A stretch of DNA of 64,000 nucleotides, taken from Cycas panzhihuaensis (Eukaryota > Plantae > Cycadophyta). The translations under genes were made by a program, and so were the position numbers. The notes beneath the pieces are model-generated. The model had not been told where the DNA came from. It saw only the letters and a program-made list of their open reading frames with translations, and searched no databases. The stretch is taken from assembly GCA_023213395.1 (NCBI GenBank), contig CM041465.1:224013741-224077740 (forward strand). Direction: 5' to 3'. This document shows, in pieces, positions 26,350 to 41,100 of the stretch (its first letter is position 1; every line of letters begins with the position of its first letter).

Positions 26350-29300
26350 TGTTCAAGCAAGCATTCAAAGCATTCATTCAAATCTTGAGAACTTGCAGCT
26401 ATTATTGCATATAATTTAGTATGTATTTTGTATAGTGATTTATTAAAGGTGAAACTATACAAAATTATTATTTATATTTTGATTTTTGTCTCATACTTAT
26501 TCATTCATTTTAAGGAGTTCCAATCCTCAGGCTTCATCTTGCTCCTACTCCATATAGATCGATTAGAACTATGTCTTTGTGACTACTCATTTTGATCAAG
26601 ATTCAATTATCTATCTAACTGTGAAAACCATTTATATTTTCATCTCTCTATCACTGAGAAATCTTGCTTTGAACATTAGTCCTCTTCGTGGTTTTACAAA
26701 CTATGCCAATTGTTCTTTTAGTTCTTTATTTTTTAGGCATTTTTTCTCAAATCTTTTTTAATATTGAGGGTTACACCAGCCCTACACCCATCTCAGTGAG
26801 ATTTAGTATCACTTCATGAGTATCCATAATCCTCTAACCTCTATGTCCTTATTTTTTTATCTGCCATTTTTTCTAACATATACGTCATCATTTTATATAT
26901 ATAAATATTTTCTTTTTGAGTTTTTTGTTGATCAAGCCCTTCGATGCCCTCCGTGGATTTGTTTAAGTGAATGATTTGTGTTTAGATCAATTTTCTTCTA
27001 GTTAAAACCTCATTCTTCTTATCATTGCAGCTCTATGTAGCTGCCACATTTTTTTTAGTGTGTTTTTTTCATCTCGATCTATTTTGAGTGTTTTTTTATC
27101 AATTTTTTCATCCAAAAGTTGATTGCTTCATCATCATTAACGATCAATTCGTTTTATTGATTAAATTTTATTTTTTATAAAGTTTTCAATTTAATTAAAC
27201 TGAATTTAATATCACTTTAGAATCTAGGTGGGTTAATTTACTTTATCCCCCTCTATTTCTGGCCTGAGGTCATATGTAGCCCCATATGACCTTATTTAAA
27301 AGGGTGAACCTCAAATAATATAAATTGTTTTGAATATTTTTTTATTATTCAAAAATTATTTTCTATATTTTATATAGATTGGAATCCAAAGCCCCCTTCA
27401 GCCTCTAGCCATCAATTCTATGGTCCTCCACACAACCAAAGGGCTTATTAGCAAAGGGGCTAAAAGCTAACCTTGTTTTTTGATTTTTGACCTAAGGAAT
27501 ACTATTCACATTTTACACAATATCTTTTTGTTGGGAGGTCAGATTCTTAAACCATTCAATTCATTGGATTCTTGACTTAGATCTTTATAACTTATATCCC
27601 TTTTTTTCCTAATTTGAGTAGTTTTTTAGAGAGTTTGATTTGAGTTAAATTTAACCCTCTTTCATAACTCTTAATTCATTAACCATAAAAGGGTCACTGT
27701 ACAGTTTCTTTAATAACTTGAGTTATACGATTCTATTTTTTAAACTGTCAAAACTATTAGAAAGATTTTTTAGTGCTCTATGCATCAAAATAGGTTTTAT
27801 TGCATTCTAATACTATTTTATAGGTTCTTAAAACCATTTAAGTTCAGGCTTCATTTTAGTCCTAGTTGGATAATTTTTTAAATATTTTGGGCTAAGGTTT
27901 TCCATTCTTACTAAATACAGTCATTTATTTTATTATACCAATTTATTATTAATAATGTTTACTTATTTTTATAATCTTACAAGTTATTTTTTGGCTCTTT
28001 AGTATCATTTTTTGCTTCTTGAAGATCAGGAGCTCTATTTGGATCAAAAGTTTCAAACTAGTACTCCTTATCATATTATTTTCTTTCTTTAACATCTAAA
28101 ATTAAATTTAAAAGATTTTTTTTGAGTAATTTTATTTATTTAAGGTCATTTGCCTTCTTAAATACCTCAAGAGTACACCTAGTTTACATGTGAATCTGCA
28201 AAAGAAGACTTCTTTATTTTATTTACATTGCATCTAGAAACATTTGCTAGCAATTTTTTGCATCTTAAGCTCATGGATTCACAAGTTAAAGGAACTTTTT
28301 GTTTGCCTTAAAGCCATTATAATTCTATGTAGGTTATTTTTTGGTCTTTTTAAGCTTTAAGACTTATTCCATTCAAGTATATCATTTCACTTATATCTTT
28401 ACATATATAGTTCTTCATTCTAAAGCATCTTATATTTATTATTATTTGAAAAAATTATAAGTTGAATATTGGTCTTCATTTCAAAGATTTTATTTGCTTT
28501 AAGGATCGTTTACCTATCTTTTTGAAAGAGTATTTGAAAGTTTATCTTATTGATTCATTTACTTGTAGCTTCTTATTGATTCATTAAATCCTTTATAGAA
28601 GGCACATATAGTTTCCTTAAAAGCTATTTTATTTACTTTTTTAAGGAGCTCCTTTAACTTGAAAGATAATAGTTTGCATAAAAAATATATTTATCTTATT
28701 TCTTAATTACTATCTTCTTTCATTATTAATTTATTTTTCATTAAGACATTCATTTAAAGGATGATACATATATTTTTCAGGTTTCTTTCTTTCCAAATAA
28801 GTTGTTTACATTATTGTTTAAGGAGAATTTTCAAGTTAAAAGATAATAGTCTACATACTTGCATTCATATTGATTTATTAAGAAGAATTAATTTGATCTT
28901 TTACTTTGTTCCTCATAGTATATTAATTCAAAAGTATTATTTATGTTTTTTATTTAAAAGAGTATTTAGTCTTGCTTATTAAAGTTCTTTTATTTCTTGA
29001 TCTTAAAAGGAATCCTTTATTTTCTAAGCAAGATCATATTTAATACTCATTATTCTTATATTAAAAAAGATAATCACCTTAATCAACCACCCTATTTCCA
29101 ACTTTACAAGGAGAATGATTAGAACCCTTGAAGTTATCACCATGCACATGCCTTTAGCCTGCTTATATTAGATGATGAACGCCATTAGCTATCAAGTATA
29201 TTAGGTGGAAAGCTAAGGTGAAGAACCTATTTATTTCTAGAGTTTAGAGACCAAGGCTACACCTGGAGAGGGTGAGTACCTTAGTTAGCAAAGCCATTAC

Positions 29301-29637
29301 TACTAGATCTGTCACTAAGCATAAGACCAGCATAAGTGGACATATAAATCAGGGGGGTCTTAGCACCTTCTTAGTAGCTTGTGTACTGAGATATATCAAA
29401 CCAAGTGCTCATGTACCAGTATATTAGCTCCCTAGTTTACCACTTATGGGTAAGCACCACTAGATAAGATAACAACCAAAGGCTTTCCTTAGAGACACTT
29501 AAACTTAGAGCCTAGAAATCTTTGTAGGGACTAGAATACTTATTAAAATTTTAGGGATAACTATAAAACTTTATATTTTTGGGGATAATTTTAAAAATCT
29601 TATTTAAATAATTATATTTTTAGGCATATTCTTATCA
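26350..29637. mobile_element. 3.3-kb non-coding insert just after the PBS of G, probably a very large solo LTR
   Basis: Starts TG (26350), ends CA (29637), flanked by CAAG on both sides; T-rich, no credible ORF; gag of G begins about 50 bp after it. Confidence 0.5.
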
Positions 29638-29689
29638 CAAGGACTTATAAAAAAAAAAAACTAATTAAGAAATAATAGCAACCAACTTT

Positions 29690-32600
29690 GGAAATATGAT
29701 CATCCCTAAGTTTGATAGTTCTAATTTTTTGAATTGGAGTAGGAGGATGAGACCCATCCTCATAGCTAATAATATGTAGGATATTATGAGAATAGGATAT
29801 ACAAAATTAGGATAAAATCCAATAGATCTTGAGAAACTAACTTACAAAAAAAATGTTAAGAAGGATAATGAAGCACTTGCATTAATATTTTATGTACTTG
29901 AAGACCATATATTTTCTAGAGTAAGTGAGTCAACAATATCTAAAGAGGCTTAAGACACTTTACGGTTGATCTATAAATGGGTTACTTCATCTGAATTGTA
30001 AACCCTAAGAAGCAAGTTCAAAAATCTTAGGATGGTACCCAATAAATTAGTAACTAAATTTATGACCAAGCTATAAGATATTATTAATCAAATGAGATCT
30101 CTTAGGGACATATTAACTGAACAAAGAGTGGTTAAACAAATCCTAAGATGTGTTAGTATAGTAAAAAGATTTGAAATGGTAATAACTAGTGTTAGAATAT
30201 TAAAGGACTTGAGTACATTAAAAACATAATAACTACGTGTCCTATTGATGGCAATAGAGGAATAGTAGAATACAAATGAATCGCTTGAGCATGCCTTTGT
30301 AACTAAAGTAAGGATACAATTAAATTCTTAAATTGGTACCTCCAAATCTAGAGATAAATTCTCAAAAGAGAGAAATAGAAACCCTAGATAAGAAAAACAA
30401 CCAAAGTATTAAGCTTTACATCAAAGATAACAAGGAGCTAATCAAAGGAATACTAGCTATAATAGATACCAAAGTCAAGAAAGGAATCATAGGATAAACT
30501 AATGTTATCCAAATTATCAAGAGGACATGCAATCTCAAAGGGCTAGCCCCAATTATCCCAATAACAGATAAAGGGATAATCAAGTTCTATTTATGGAAAG
30601 AGGAAGACCATCCCATATTGATAGGTCATATCCTCGTAACAGAAGTCTTATCTTTAGAAAAAGAGATTCACTTTATTATATATTTTGCAATTGAGTTAGT
30701 CACACAGAAGATAAATACTTTGCCAAACATAGTCTACCAACTAAGGGAAGTGCTAATATAGTTATGGAAGTAAGGAAGAATAATTACCACTTTTTATCTA
30801 GCTTCATTTCCCATGAAGAAGAAGATAATAGTTGGCATATCAATTCAAGTTGTTCCACTCATATGACCCACAAATAATATATATTCAGAACTATGGATAT
30901 AACTAAAAGGAGCTCCATTATATCTGGTGATAACACCTCTCATGAGTCCATTGGAAGAGGTAATATAGTGTTGCAAATAGAATCAGGAGACACTTAATAT
31001 CTTAATGATATACTTTATATTCCAGCCCTTGAGACGAACCTTTTATGAGTAGGATAGATAATGGGCTAAGGTTACAAAGTCATATTTGACAATGGAGAAT
31101 GTACCATTAAAGATAAAAGAAGTAATAAAGTGATAGATACTAAGGGAAAAATGCCTAAGGACAGACTTTTTAAGCTGGTCCTTACTCCTTCTGATACTTA
31201 TGCCTTGAAAATAATAATCAATCTTGACAGTGACATATGGCACAAGAGATTTACTTACTTGAATTACAATAGTGTAGCACTAATGAAGAAGATGGATATG
31301 GTTGATGGGTTACCATATATTGAAGTGGATAAAAATATTTATAAAGGGCGCCTTCTTAGAAAACAACATAGAGAAAGTTTTCTCAATAATAACTATAGAG
31401 CCAATGGACCTCTTCAACTAGTTTATATAGATATTTGCAGCCCCATGGATGTTCTCTCATTAGTAAGAGCTAGATATTTTATCACATTCATTGATGAATT
31501 TATAAGAAAAACTTGGGTTTATTTCCTAAAATTCAAGTTAGATGTATTCTAACACTTTGTCAACTTCAAAACCTATATGGAAAAACAAAGTAGACACAAA
31601 ATCCTCTCTCTAAGATCAGATAATAGGGGATCTCAAATGAGTTCAAGACCTATTGTGCATATCACGGAATAAGAATATAACTTACAAATCCCTACACCCC
31701 CCAGTAAAATGGTGTAGCTAAAAGAAATAACTACACCATAGTTGAGATGCCTAAGTGTATGTTAAAGGACAAAAGATTGGGACATGAATTTTAAGTTGAA
31801 GCAGTTGACACAACTATTTATTTACTTAATAGGTATACCACCAAAGTGGTTAGGTGGAAGACTTTTAAAGAAGCTTGGACTGGATATAAACCTTGTATCC
31901 ACCACTTAAGAGTTTTTGAATGCTTAGCCTATATGCATATTCTTGAACAAAGAAGGTCTAAGCTAGATGATCATAGCATCAAATGTATATTCATTAGGTA
32001 TAGTGATGCCTCTAAATATTACAAAGTTTATGATCCTAAATCTTGAAAAGTCATGGTGAGTAGAGATGTCAAATTCTAAGAAGATGATTATTACTACATT
32101 AATTATGATCAAAACAAAGGGAATAGTGTTATAATAAATCTTAATTCTACTATTAAGTCTAAATATATGTTGCCTAGGCAAGAACCAAGATAAGCTATTG
32201 ATATATCAAGTGAGGAAGAAACCTCTTCTCAAACTCCACCATAAAGATTACCTAAATGAGTTCAAAGAAACCATGATATGAATAACATCTTGGATAATGA
32301 CTATAATTAGAGATCTACTCATGCTCATAGGATGAATTTTGACCTTATAAGTTAAGTTATAAAGACCCACGAGCCTCATACTTTTGATGAGGCCAATGCA
32401 CATGATACTTGAAGAAAGGAAATGGAGGAAGAATATAACTCCATATTAAAAAATGATATTTGGGAACCGTTTGACCTTTCTCCTAATAAAAGGTGATTAG
32501 TAACAAGTGGGTTTACAAAATTAAGTTCTAATCTGACAGATCAATTGATAAACATAAAGCTAGATTAGTAACAAAAGGCTATGCCTAAAGAGAAGGCATC

Positions 32601-33890
32601 AATTATAGTGAAATATTTGCCACTATTACATGTATAGAAACTGTCAGCATAATGATGATTTTGCCTATACAAATGAGATGGGATGTTTACCAAATGGATG
32701 TTAAAAGAACATTTCTTAATAGCTACATTAAAGAAAATATCTATATCTCTCAACCCCAAGGTTTTGAAGTCAAGGGAGAAGAAGGCAAAGTATATAAGCT
32801 TAAAAAGGTACTCTATGGATTAAAGCAAACTCCTAGGGCATGGTATTCCTGAATTGATAGATATTTTAGAGATTAAGATTTCAAAAGGTCTCAGTCAGAT
32901 CCAAACTTGTATATCAAGATTAAGGGAGACTCCATTTTAATAGTGGGACTCTATATAGATGACCTTGTTTACACTATAAATAACTCCTATCTTTTGAAAA
33001 ACTTTAAGGAAGATATATGTAAAGAATTTAAGATGATAGATTTAGGTTTAATGTATTACTTCTTAGGTTTAGAAGTATGGCAAGATAAAAATGACATCTT
33101 TGTTTCTCAAAGAAAGTACACATTGGACTTACTTCAAAAGTTCAAGATGAATAATTACAAACCTCTAACAACTCAAGTTGAAGTTGGGATCAAGTTATCT
33201 AAACTTGATGATTCTACACCTGTGGATCCCATACTCTATAAATAATTAATTGGTAATATGATTTATTTAATCTCAACACGACTAGATATTATGCATGCAA
33301 TTAGCGTAGTATCCAAATTTATGCAAGATCCTAAGACTACTCATTGGCAAGCAACAAAAAGGATTCTATGATACCTAAAAGGCACAACAAAATATAGGTT
33401 GTATTATAAATCATCATCGAATTTCAGATTGACTGGGTATACAAATTCAGATTAGGCAAGTGATATTGATGACAAGAAATCCAATTTAGGTTACACCTTT
33501 AGTTTGAGTTTAGTAGCCACAGCATGGAGCACCAAGAAATAGAATATCATTTCCCTATCTACAATAGAAGTGAAATATAAAGTAACGGTCTCTAGTACGT
33601 ATGAAACTTTATGGCTACGATGACTCCTACAAGATTTTCAGATTGAACAAAAAGGACCAATTAAAATTCAAGGTGACAATCAAAGCACCATTCATATGAC
33701 TCAAAATCCAGTATTTCATGGAAAAACCAAGCACATTAAAACTCAACATCACTTCATTTCAGAATTAATTCAAGCAAGTAAGATCAAATTGGTATATTAT
33801 AGTATTAAAAATTAAATAGCAGATATATTTAGAAAGCCATTGGGAAAGATTAAGTTTTATAAATTTAGAGATAAACTTGGAGTTCTATAT
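29690..33890 (+). pseudogene. Copia gag-pol pseudogene of G
   Basis: IPKFDSSNFLNWSRRM gag; WHINSSCSTHM protease; GPLQLVYIDICSP integrase; YQMDVKRTFLNS and LYIDDL RT; GKTKHIK RNase H. Confidence 0.92.
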
Positions 33891-34659
33891 AATAGATATT
33901 ATAGGGAGAATATTTGGATAATGCCCATTATTAAAGAATATACAAGTAGACCTTGGGCCCTCAAATGCCACTAAGAGTTATCATGCAGTTGTCAACAAGT
34001 CGACTAGGTAAGTATTAAATGTTATTTTATTTATTTTTAATTATTTGCTTGATATGATTGGTCGGGGCGATCCACCACCTCCCTAAACTAGATAATCAAA
34101 GGGAATACCTCCTTAGTATTTTCTAACATTGCTAGACAATATCATAAAACTTATTTAATTCTTCATGATAGATACATGATGTTATTTGGCTTGCTCTACT
34201 CCTTGGTCCAATACTATTACCTCTATTGTATGCATAATTTCCCCTTTATCTCTAATAAATTGATCATAACTAAATAAGAACAAGATAAAAATGAGGATGT
34301 TTAAGCTTGAAGAAAGGGCATTTGAGTAAGCCTGGATGAGGAAATAGAATCACCATGATATATGAGCATGTATATCTATCACTATAGGAAATATATAGAG
34401 CTACAAATACATGTAAAAATATATAATATTATACACCAAGAACATCCTAAAATCAAGCCATAAACCATATCATAGTTTTTACCAAAATTAATAATGAGTA
34501 GAATAAACTTGGCCATGCTAAGGGGTCAAGGATTTGATAAATATCTATGTATAAGCTTAATACTTTCAAATTGTGATTAAAATGGAGATTAAGTCTTAAT
34601 TATCTTTTAATTTGATTTAATCAAAGGCATCCAAAGGTAAAAGGTACCTAATCTATGAG

Positions 34660-37600
34660 TGTTAGAATGTATGATACTTTTACATATTTAATATTTAATG
34701 TGATATAGTGGACCTATACAAAATCAAACTTACTAAAAGCATTGATAAGTGTGATATATATATATATCTCATCAGATGATGAAAAGGCTCAAGAGATATT
34801 ATAAGTTATTTATGAGGTGATATATCTATAAATATGTATACACACCACTTGAGTACTTGAGAAAAGAAAAATGACTTAGAAATGTAATCATTTGAAGATC
34901 ATTAAGAAGAGATCCTGAGGACTCCAACTTTCTCCCATGGTTTTTTTTATACTAGAGTTTCAACATATAATATCTCTTTTATGGTATATGCATATTCATT
35001 TGTATTCCTTTATATTTTACGTTATTATTTTATATGTTGATCTTACATTATATGAATTGTGTATATTCCTCATTATAAGATTGATTTATTATACATCTTT
35101 AATATGTTTTTGCTATGCATAATGAGTATATTACAATATGGTATCAGAGTGAAATTATAAATTCTTACATAGTATCAAGCTCATGTTGAGTGATTAGAGA
35201 AAAAAGTTAAAAAAGATATTGTGGAGATTTGTGAATACAGTTTATTAAATCCATGTTATAAAAAAACTTATCAAGATAAGTTGCAAGCCTATATATACAC
35301 GAGTTGAGCTAGTACATAGTCAATATGAGCTCGTAATAAAGATAATATGAGTTAGGGTAAAAGCTAGTATGAAGAGAAAATTAATGAGCCAAAAGTTGAT
35401 TATACCAATAACATGTAACCAAGATCTTAAGATAAGATAAAGATAATACATAGCCATATATAGACATTAAAGTGGCAAACTAATAGGAATGTTGATTATT
35501 AATTTATGTGGATATTTATTTTTAACATATTGGTACCATATATTTGAAGCATAAAGGTGTTAAAGAAGTCTATTAAATATGATGTGATGAAGAATAAATG
35601 AGGAGAACTATTACAAATTATATTTACTAATATAAGTTATCCCCTTATAGAAGTAAATGAGATTTATAAAGATATTTCAGTTCATTAGTAAAGACTTTTA
35701 TGAGTGTCCTTATATTGAATCCATGAATTTGCTATTACTTTTGAGTAATTTTAATCATTCTAGAGACTATTACGAGTATCTCATAACTAATATTCATCAC
35801 TAAAATAATGTTAGTACCCTATTAGTATATAAAATAGGCAGCAAGCTTGTACTAGTTGATATGCAGTAAAATAAAGAGGTATGTATTATTAAGCAGACAT
35901 GATATTTTAATACATTTAATCAAATTTAAATCTTTTGTGAAGTTCATCAGTAAGCTACTAAGCCATAAGCAATCAGTCATATGGAGGAGCTAATGTGACT
36001 AGGAGCTTAGCTAAAATGAGCTAAATTCATTTCTAAAGAACTGCATATTTTTTTAGGACATACTAGCAATTTTTTTAGTACAACTTTTCACTAGAGTATT
36101 AGATTGAGTTGTCGTTAGTTGCAGTAGAAAGAGAATTTTTAAACAATTAAAATGAGTGGTCATAAGGCATATTTTAGAGATTAGATGACAAAGATTTTAA
36201 TAGATAAAGTTGAGAAAAGTAATATTAACTTAATAAAATATGTATTTTTTGAGATTTTTCAAATATATTTTAACATTTTTTAAATGTTTTTTAAGGTTCT
36301 TGAGATCATAATGATACATGTTGATGATTGTTGATGAAAGAAAAAGTAAGTTTAGTTTAAAATAAAGATATAAAATCTTATTTATGATATTTTGAGGCTC
36401 AAAACTAATAAAAATTAATAATGTGAGATATTATTTAAAGTAAGAATCTTAATGTATGTTAAACATAATGAAAATTCCCCTTGGCACTCATCATAATTAG
36501 TTTAGTAGAACTACACAAAACTAATCAAATACAATAATCACCTAGTTTATTGCACACATATTTGAATGATATTAATGACACCACCTGATATTAATAAAGG
36601 GCCTAGTTTGTTTATAATTAATATTAGAAAATTGGTTATTAAGATATTAGTGTTTTTCACATATTTATAAGATATGGAAAAGAAGTCTCATATGTTAATT
36701 ACTTGGCATACTAAATTTAACTATTGAGGAGTCCAATAAATATCAGATATATATTTGTCAGTGAGATATTTGACTTGCAATGTATGACAAGACACATAGG
36801 AACACATTGTTTATATTACCGTATTACAACTAACTTGAATTGGCTAGGTGGTATGCCTTATTCTCGAAATTAGTTTATTCAATTTATTGATTTATTGGTG
36901 TTGATGAGATTATTGATTACTAAAAGATATGTGTAAAAGCACCGATGAAGGTAACATACAAATTATTTGCTCATGTATAAAAGGCAAGATGAATGATGTT
37001 ATTCTTATATAATATATAGATTGTGTTATTATTCTTATATACAAAAGGTAAGATGTTATGTTGCTCTTGTAATTATATTTTGCCTAATAACTAGTGTTGT
37101 TTTAATATTTTTCTTTATATGCTAATGAGCTACGTATAAAAGGTATGCCCTAGAGAACTAGTGGTTACTGCAATTAATAACCCATGTATTTTGATAAATT
37201 ATTATTATTTTATATGGATATCAATAGTATTTTTTTATGAGATTGTTGAGATGACAGATTGATAATTATGTTTATAGTATTTTACAAGTGAAGATATAAA
37301 GTTATTGAAGATAACATTTTACATAAATATGGCAAATGAAAGTTATGAAATTGAGATTAGTTGTTTGGTTGATTATGACTGGTATACAAGTATTTTACAT
37401 GCAGTTGCTTGGAGTTGGTCATTAATGATCATAGTTGACCATAAATAGTTACAGATTAATTACTTGTAAGAAACAAGCATAATGTTGATAGATTTGTAGG
37501 TTGTAGGTGATATAACTTAATTTAGTTTGATACAACTTGATATAGATTGATACAGGTTTACAGGCTCCAATATACAGGAAAAGCATGAAGAAATATAGAT

Positions 37601-38175
37601 CAAATATGAAGATTTAATAACTTGAAATATTAAATATTAAAGGGAAGTATTAGAATATATAACACTTTTACATATCTAATGTTTAATGTGATATAGTGGG
37701 CCCATATAAAATCTTTCTCATCAAAAATATTAATAAGTGTAATATACATATATATTCATGTACACATCCTATTAGATGATGAAAAGGCTCAAGAGATATT
37801 ATAGATTATTCATGAGGTGACATATCTATACATATCTATATACACCAGTTAAAAACTTGAGAAAGGAAGATTAACTTACAGATGCAATTATTTGAAGATC
37901 ATTAAGAGGAGCTACCAAAGACTCCAACCTTCTTCTATGGTTTCTCCCCAACTGGGTTTTCCATGTATAAATTTGTTGTCTCTTTTGTAGTAGATACATG
38001 TTCATTGATATTACTTTATATTTCATGCTATTGATTTATATGTTAATCTTATATTATATGAATTATATATAGTTCTCATGATAGGATTGATTTATTATAT
38101 ATCTTTAACATGCTTCTACTATGCATAATGAGTATATTTCAATATGGTATCAGAGTGAAATTTTAAATTCTTACA
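34660..38175 (+). mobile_element. Non-autonomous, internally deleted Copia-type element I (3516 bp)
   Basis: LTRs 34660-35169 and 37648-38175; perfect TSD ATGAG; degenerate PBS TAGTATCAAGC at 35170; PPT TTAAAGGGAAG; 2.5-kb interior with only faint pol traces. Confidence 0.9.
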
Positions 38176-41100
38176 ATGAGGTAATTGACTTATCATATAA
38201 AAGAAGAGATGACACTTTATTTAAATCTTTACACACTCACATATTGAGTTTTGATCTTTTATTCTAGAATGGATATTTGAATTTGAGCTTGGATGTCCAT
38301 ATTTGATGCATGAAAATCTCTATTATGCTTAATCTGTTGGTCTAAATTAGTGACTCCTTAGATGTAAATATGAGTTGTGGCCTTTGTACAAGATGGTATG
38401 AGCTTGAATCTCCAATCTTACATACCTTCAATTAAATCTATGAAGGGTTCTACTATGGAAAATATCTAAATCTAATATCTAGTAACAATGTCTTAAATTT
38501 CACTTTGTTATAAGTACATTTTCTTAACTCCAGTGAGATGTTGAAGAGCCTTTATAATATGTTAAAGGATCTATGGGTTAGATTACATAGCTTATATGTG
38601 GACTTACTTTTAACATTGTAGGATACCATACATAGTATGATATTATAGTTCAAGACTTGAGATTTTTTCCATGGTGGGATTCCTAGAATAATTATTGAAC
38701 CAAAGTGTTATTAAGACTTAGCCATAATATGTTTCCATAGTGGAATACTTGGAATGTTATTTAAGCCATATTGTTATCGTATATATGTGACGTGCCACTA
38801 CTTACATGTGATGTACATTTATAATTATGATAATTATTGAAACTATACATGTATGGATGATAGTGTTGCTTAGGAGTTAAGATAAAAGTTTAGAGCCATT
38901 CACTAATAGTCCTTCATTTGTTTCATATGCCTTAATATAGGGGGAAAATTCTCAAGAGGTGTTTCTAAATGGTTGGTTGGTGAATCCCTTATGAGCAATT
39001 TAGCAAATCCCTACAAAAGATAGTTCTTCTATTTTGAGTTCATATAAATGTACTTATAATATTATGTAATGGTATTTTAGTATCAAATAATCATTAGTGT
39101 ATAAGATATTAGATATTTATAAGAAGGAGCAAGTTATATGATTATCATTTATATATTAGTATCATTTAACATGCATATAGTTATATATTTTTCTTGATTA
39201 CTAGCACAATATGTTGATTACTGGTCCTATAATTTGATATGTATTAGAATTTTTTATCTCAAGTACTCTTGAAGGTGGTCACACATTGTCCTCATGATGA
39301 GGGCCATTATATAAAGACCTTCATCTACTAATGAATTGAACAAATAATGAGAACTAGTCAAAAACTAATCTAAAGTACTTAAGTAGACAAGTGATGCTAA
39401 CAATTGCTAATTAGGAATAACTCTATAATTAGCTCGAATGATAGTAAAATATGGAGTGCATAGGGTTATATTTAAAGTTTCAACATTATATAAGTCATAT
39501 GAGGCTAAATCAAAAGACTCATCAAGAAATGAATCATCCACATAATCTTATGAATCATAAAAATAATATGAATCAAAGCTAGAGTATGAATTAGGTGGCT
39601 CAACATGTGAATCATTTGAGAAAAGTGACATCTAGTCATTAACCTTGAAGGAGGTACCAATGATCAAAGAAAGAGTAATAGATGAACTAAATACCTTTTA
39701 TTTTGAATGTATAAAATAAAACTTAGCTTTAAATAGATGTTAAAAAGAAAGATTAGATTTAATAAACTCATAGACATTGAATAGTTCAATTAGAAAACTA
39801 TAATCCAAGACTAAAATGAATATTTAGTTGAATAATCATCAAAATATGGTTGATGGATAAGGTAGGCAAAAACCTAAAGAGAAGGATAGTCATCAAATAG
39901 TAAAGAAATATCAATATAGTTTGAATCTTGTGGATTAGCATATGTTGAATCATAGGTCTAATGGAGTGGCAACAAATAAGTGTTAATGGTAAGAACCTAT
40001 TACTAAGATATTATGTGGCTCTCTTATTTAATAAGGAACATCAAACTATGAATTATCATCTCATATCATTCAATTAATATTAATCAATACCAAAGAATGG
40101 GATCACAGGTAAGTTTATAATAATATCTACTCCTTTAAGATGGAACTTAGAAAGTTTAGCAACTTTTACCTCATTTATATCTAAGAATTGGATCTCTATA
40201 TATAGGAGGATAAGATAGTGAGCATGGAACAAATTCAACTATAACTAAGTAAGATGTTATAGTAAAAAGACATATCCTCCACCTCAACATCAAATTCGAT
40301 AGTTTTCCCTTCAAAAGTAACAGGGAGATTGACAATCCTATCCATTGATAGTTTATTCATAGCATTGAACATTTAATAATTGTGGAACTTTTATCTAGCT
40401 TATCAAGTTATAGAGTTAACATAAGTGAAGTAGTGATGGAATTAAGTGGGGATCACCACTAATGATAGCTTGATGGATCTTAGTTTTATGTATCATAACT
40501 TGAACTACTCATATCCTATTATCAAGTAAAGAAGTTTTATCTAATGGTAAAGATGAAGGATCAAAATATTATATGCAAGAATAGGTATCAAATGACTAAA
40601 CCCTAAGTGAGTTGAGGTAAATTTACCTCTACAAAGGGAAACACTCTAACATGTTATAAAGTGACATGTTCAATGAAATTCTCTTCAAATTAACTTAACA
40701 AGGGAGTATAAAGGCAAAGCTCAATTTTCAAGGGCAAGAGTCTAGGGATTTAAAACCTAAGAGGTATAAAAGTTTGGAGACTATAAGGGGATATTTGCTA
40801 TATTTTACTCCATTATTAGAGCTAAATTTATGTTTAACAATATAGGAAAAAACATTATCTATGTAAACATTAGACAGGCCTAAAGAGTCATCTCTAGCAT
40901 AGGTTTCTTCTAAGTAGTCTTATCAGATTCATTAGGTTCAAATATCCAAATAATAGTCAATGGAGAGTCTACAAAAGGTGTAGAAATTTATGCATAAATA
41001 TCTTGTGAGGGCATATACATAACTGGGCATCTCATACATAATGACCTCAATTAGTTTTAGAGGTTCTAGATATTATCCATAAGATGAGCCTAATATCCAA

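Larger units (their letters stand above)
26020..34213 (+). mobile_element. Full-length degenerate Ty1/Copia element G, inserted in the 3' LTR of D
   Basis: LTRs 26020-26332 and 33911-34213; TSD TTATT/CTATT; PBS TGGTATCAAAGC; PPT ATAGGGAGAA. Confidence 0.94.
9625..34257 (+). mobile_element. Ty1/Copia element D, 5'-truncated, split by E, F and G (own pieces 9625-11502, 16571-16875, 25613-26019, 34214-34257)
   Basis: GPLQLVYINLYG..RYFMTFINDYIRKT integrase; RT and RH motifs; the frame rejoins across F as MFHGRTKHI; 3' LTR starts TATTGGGA at 25810 and ends TCTAATA at ~34257. Confidence 0.88.
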
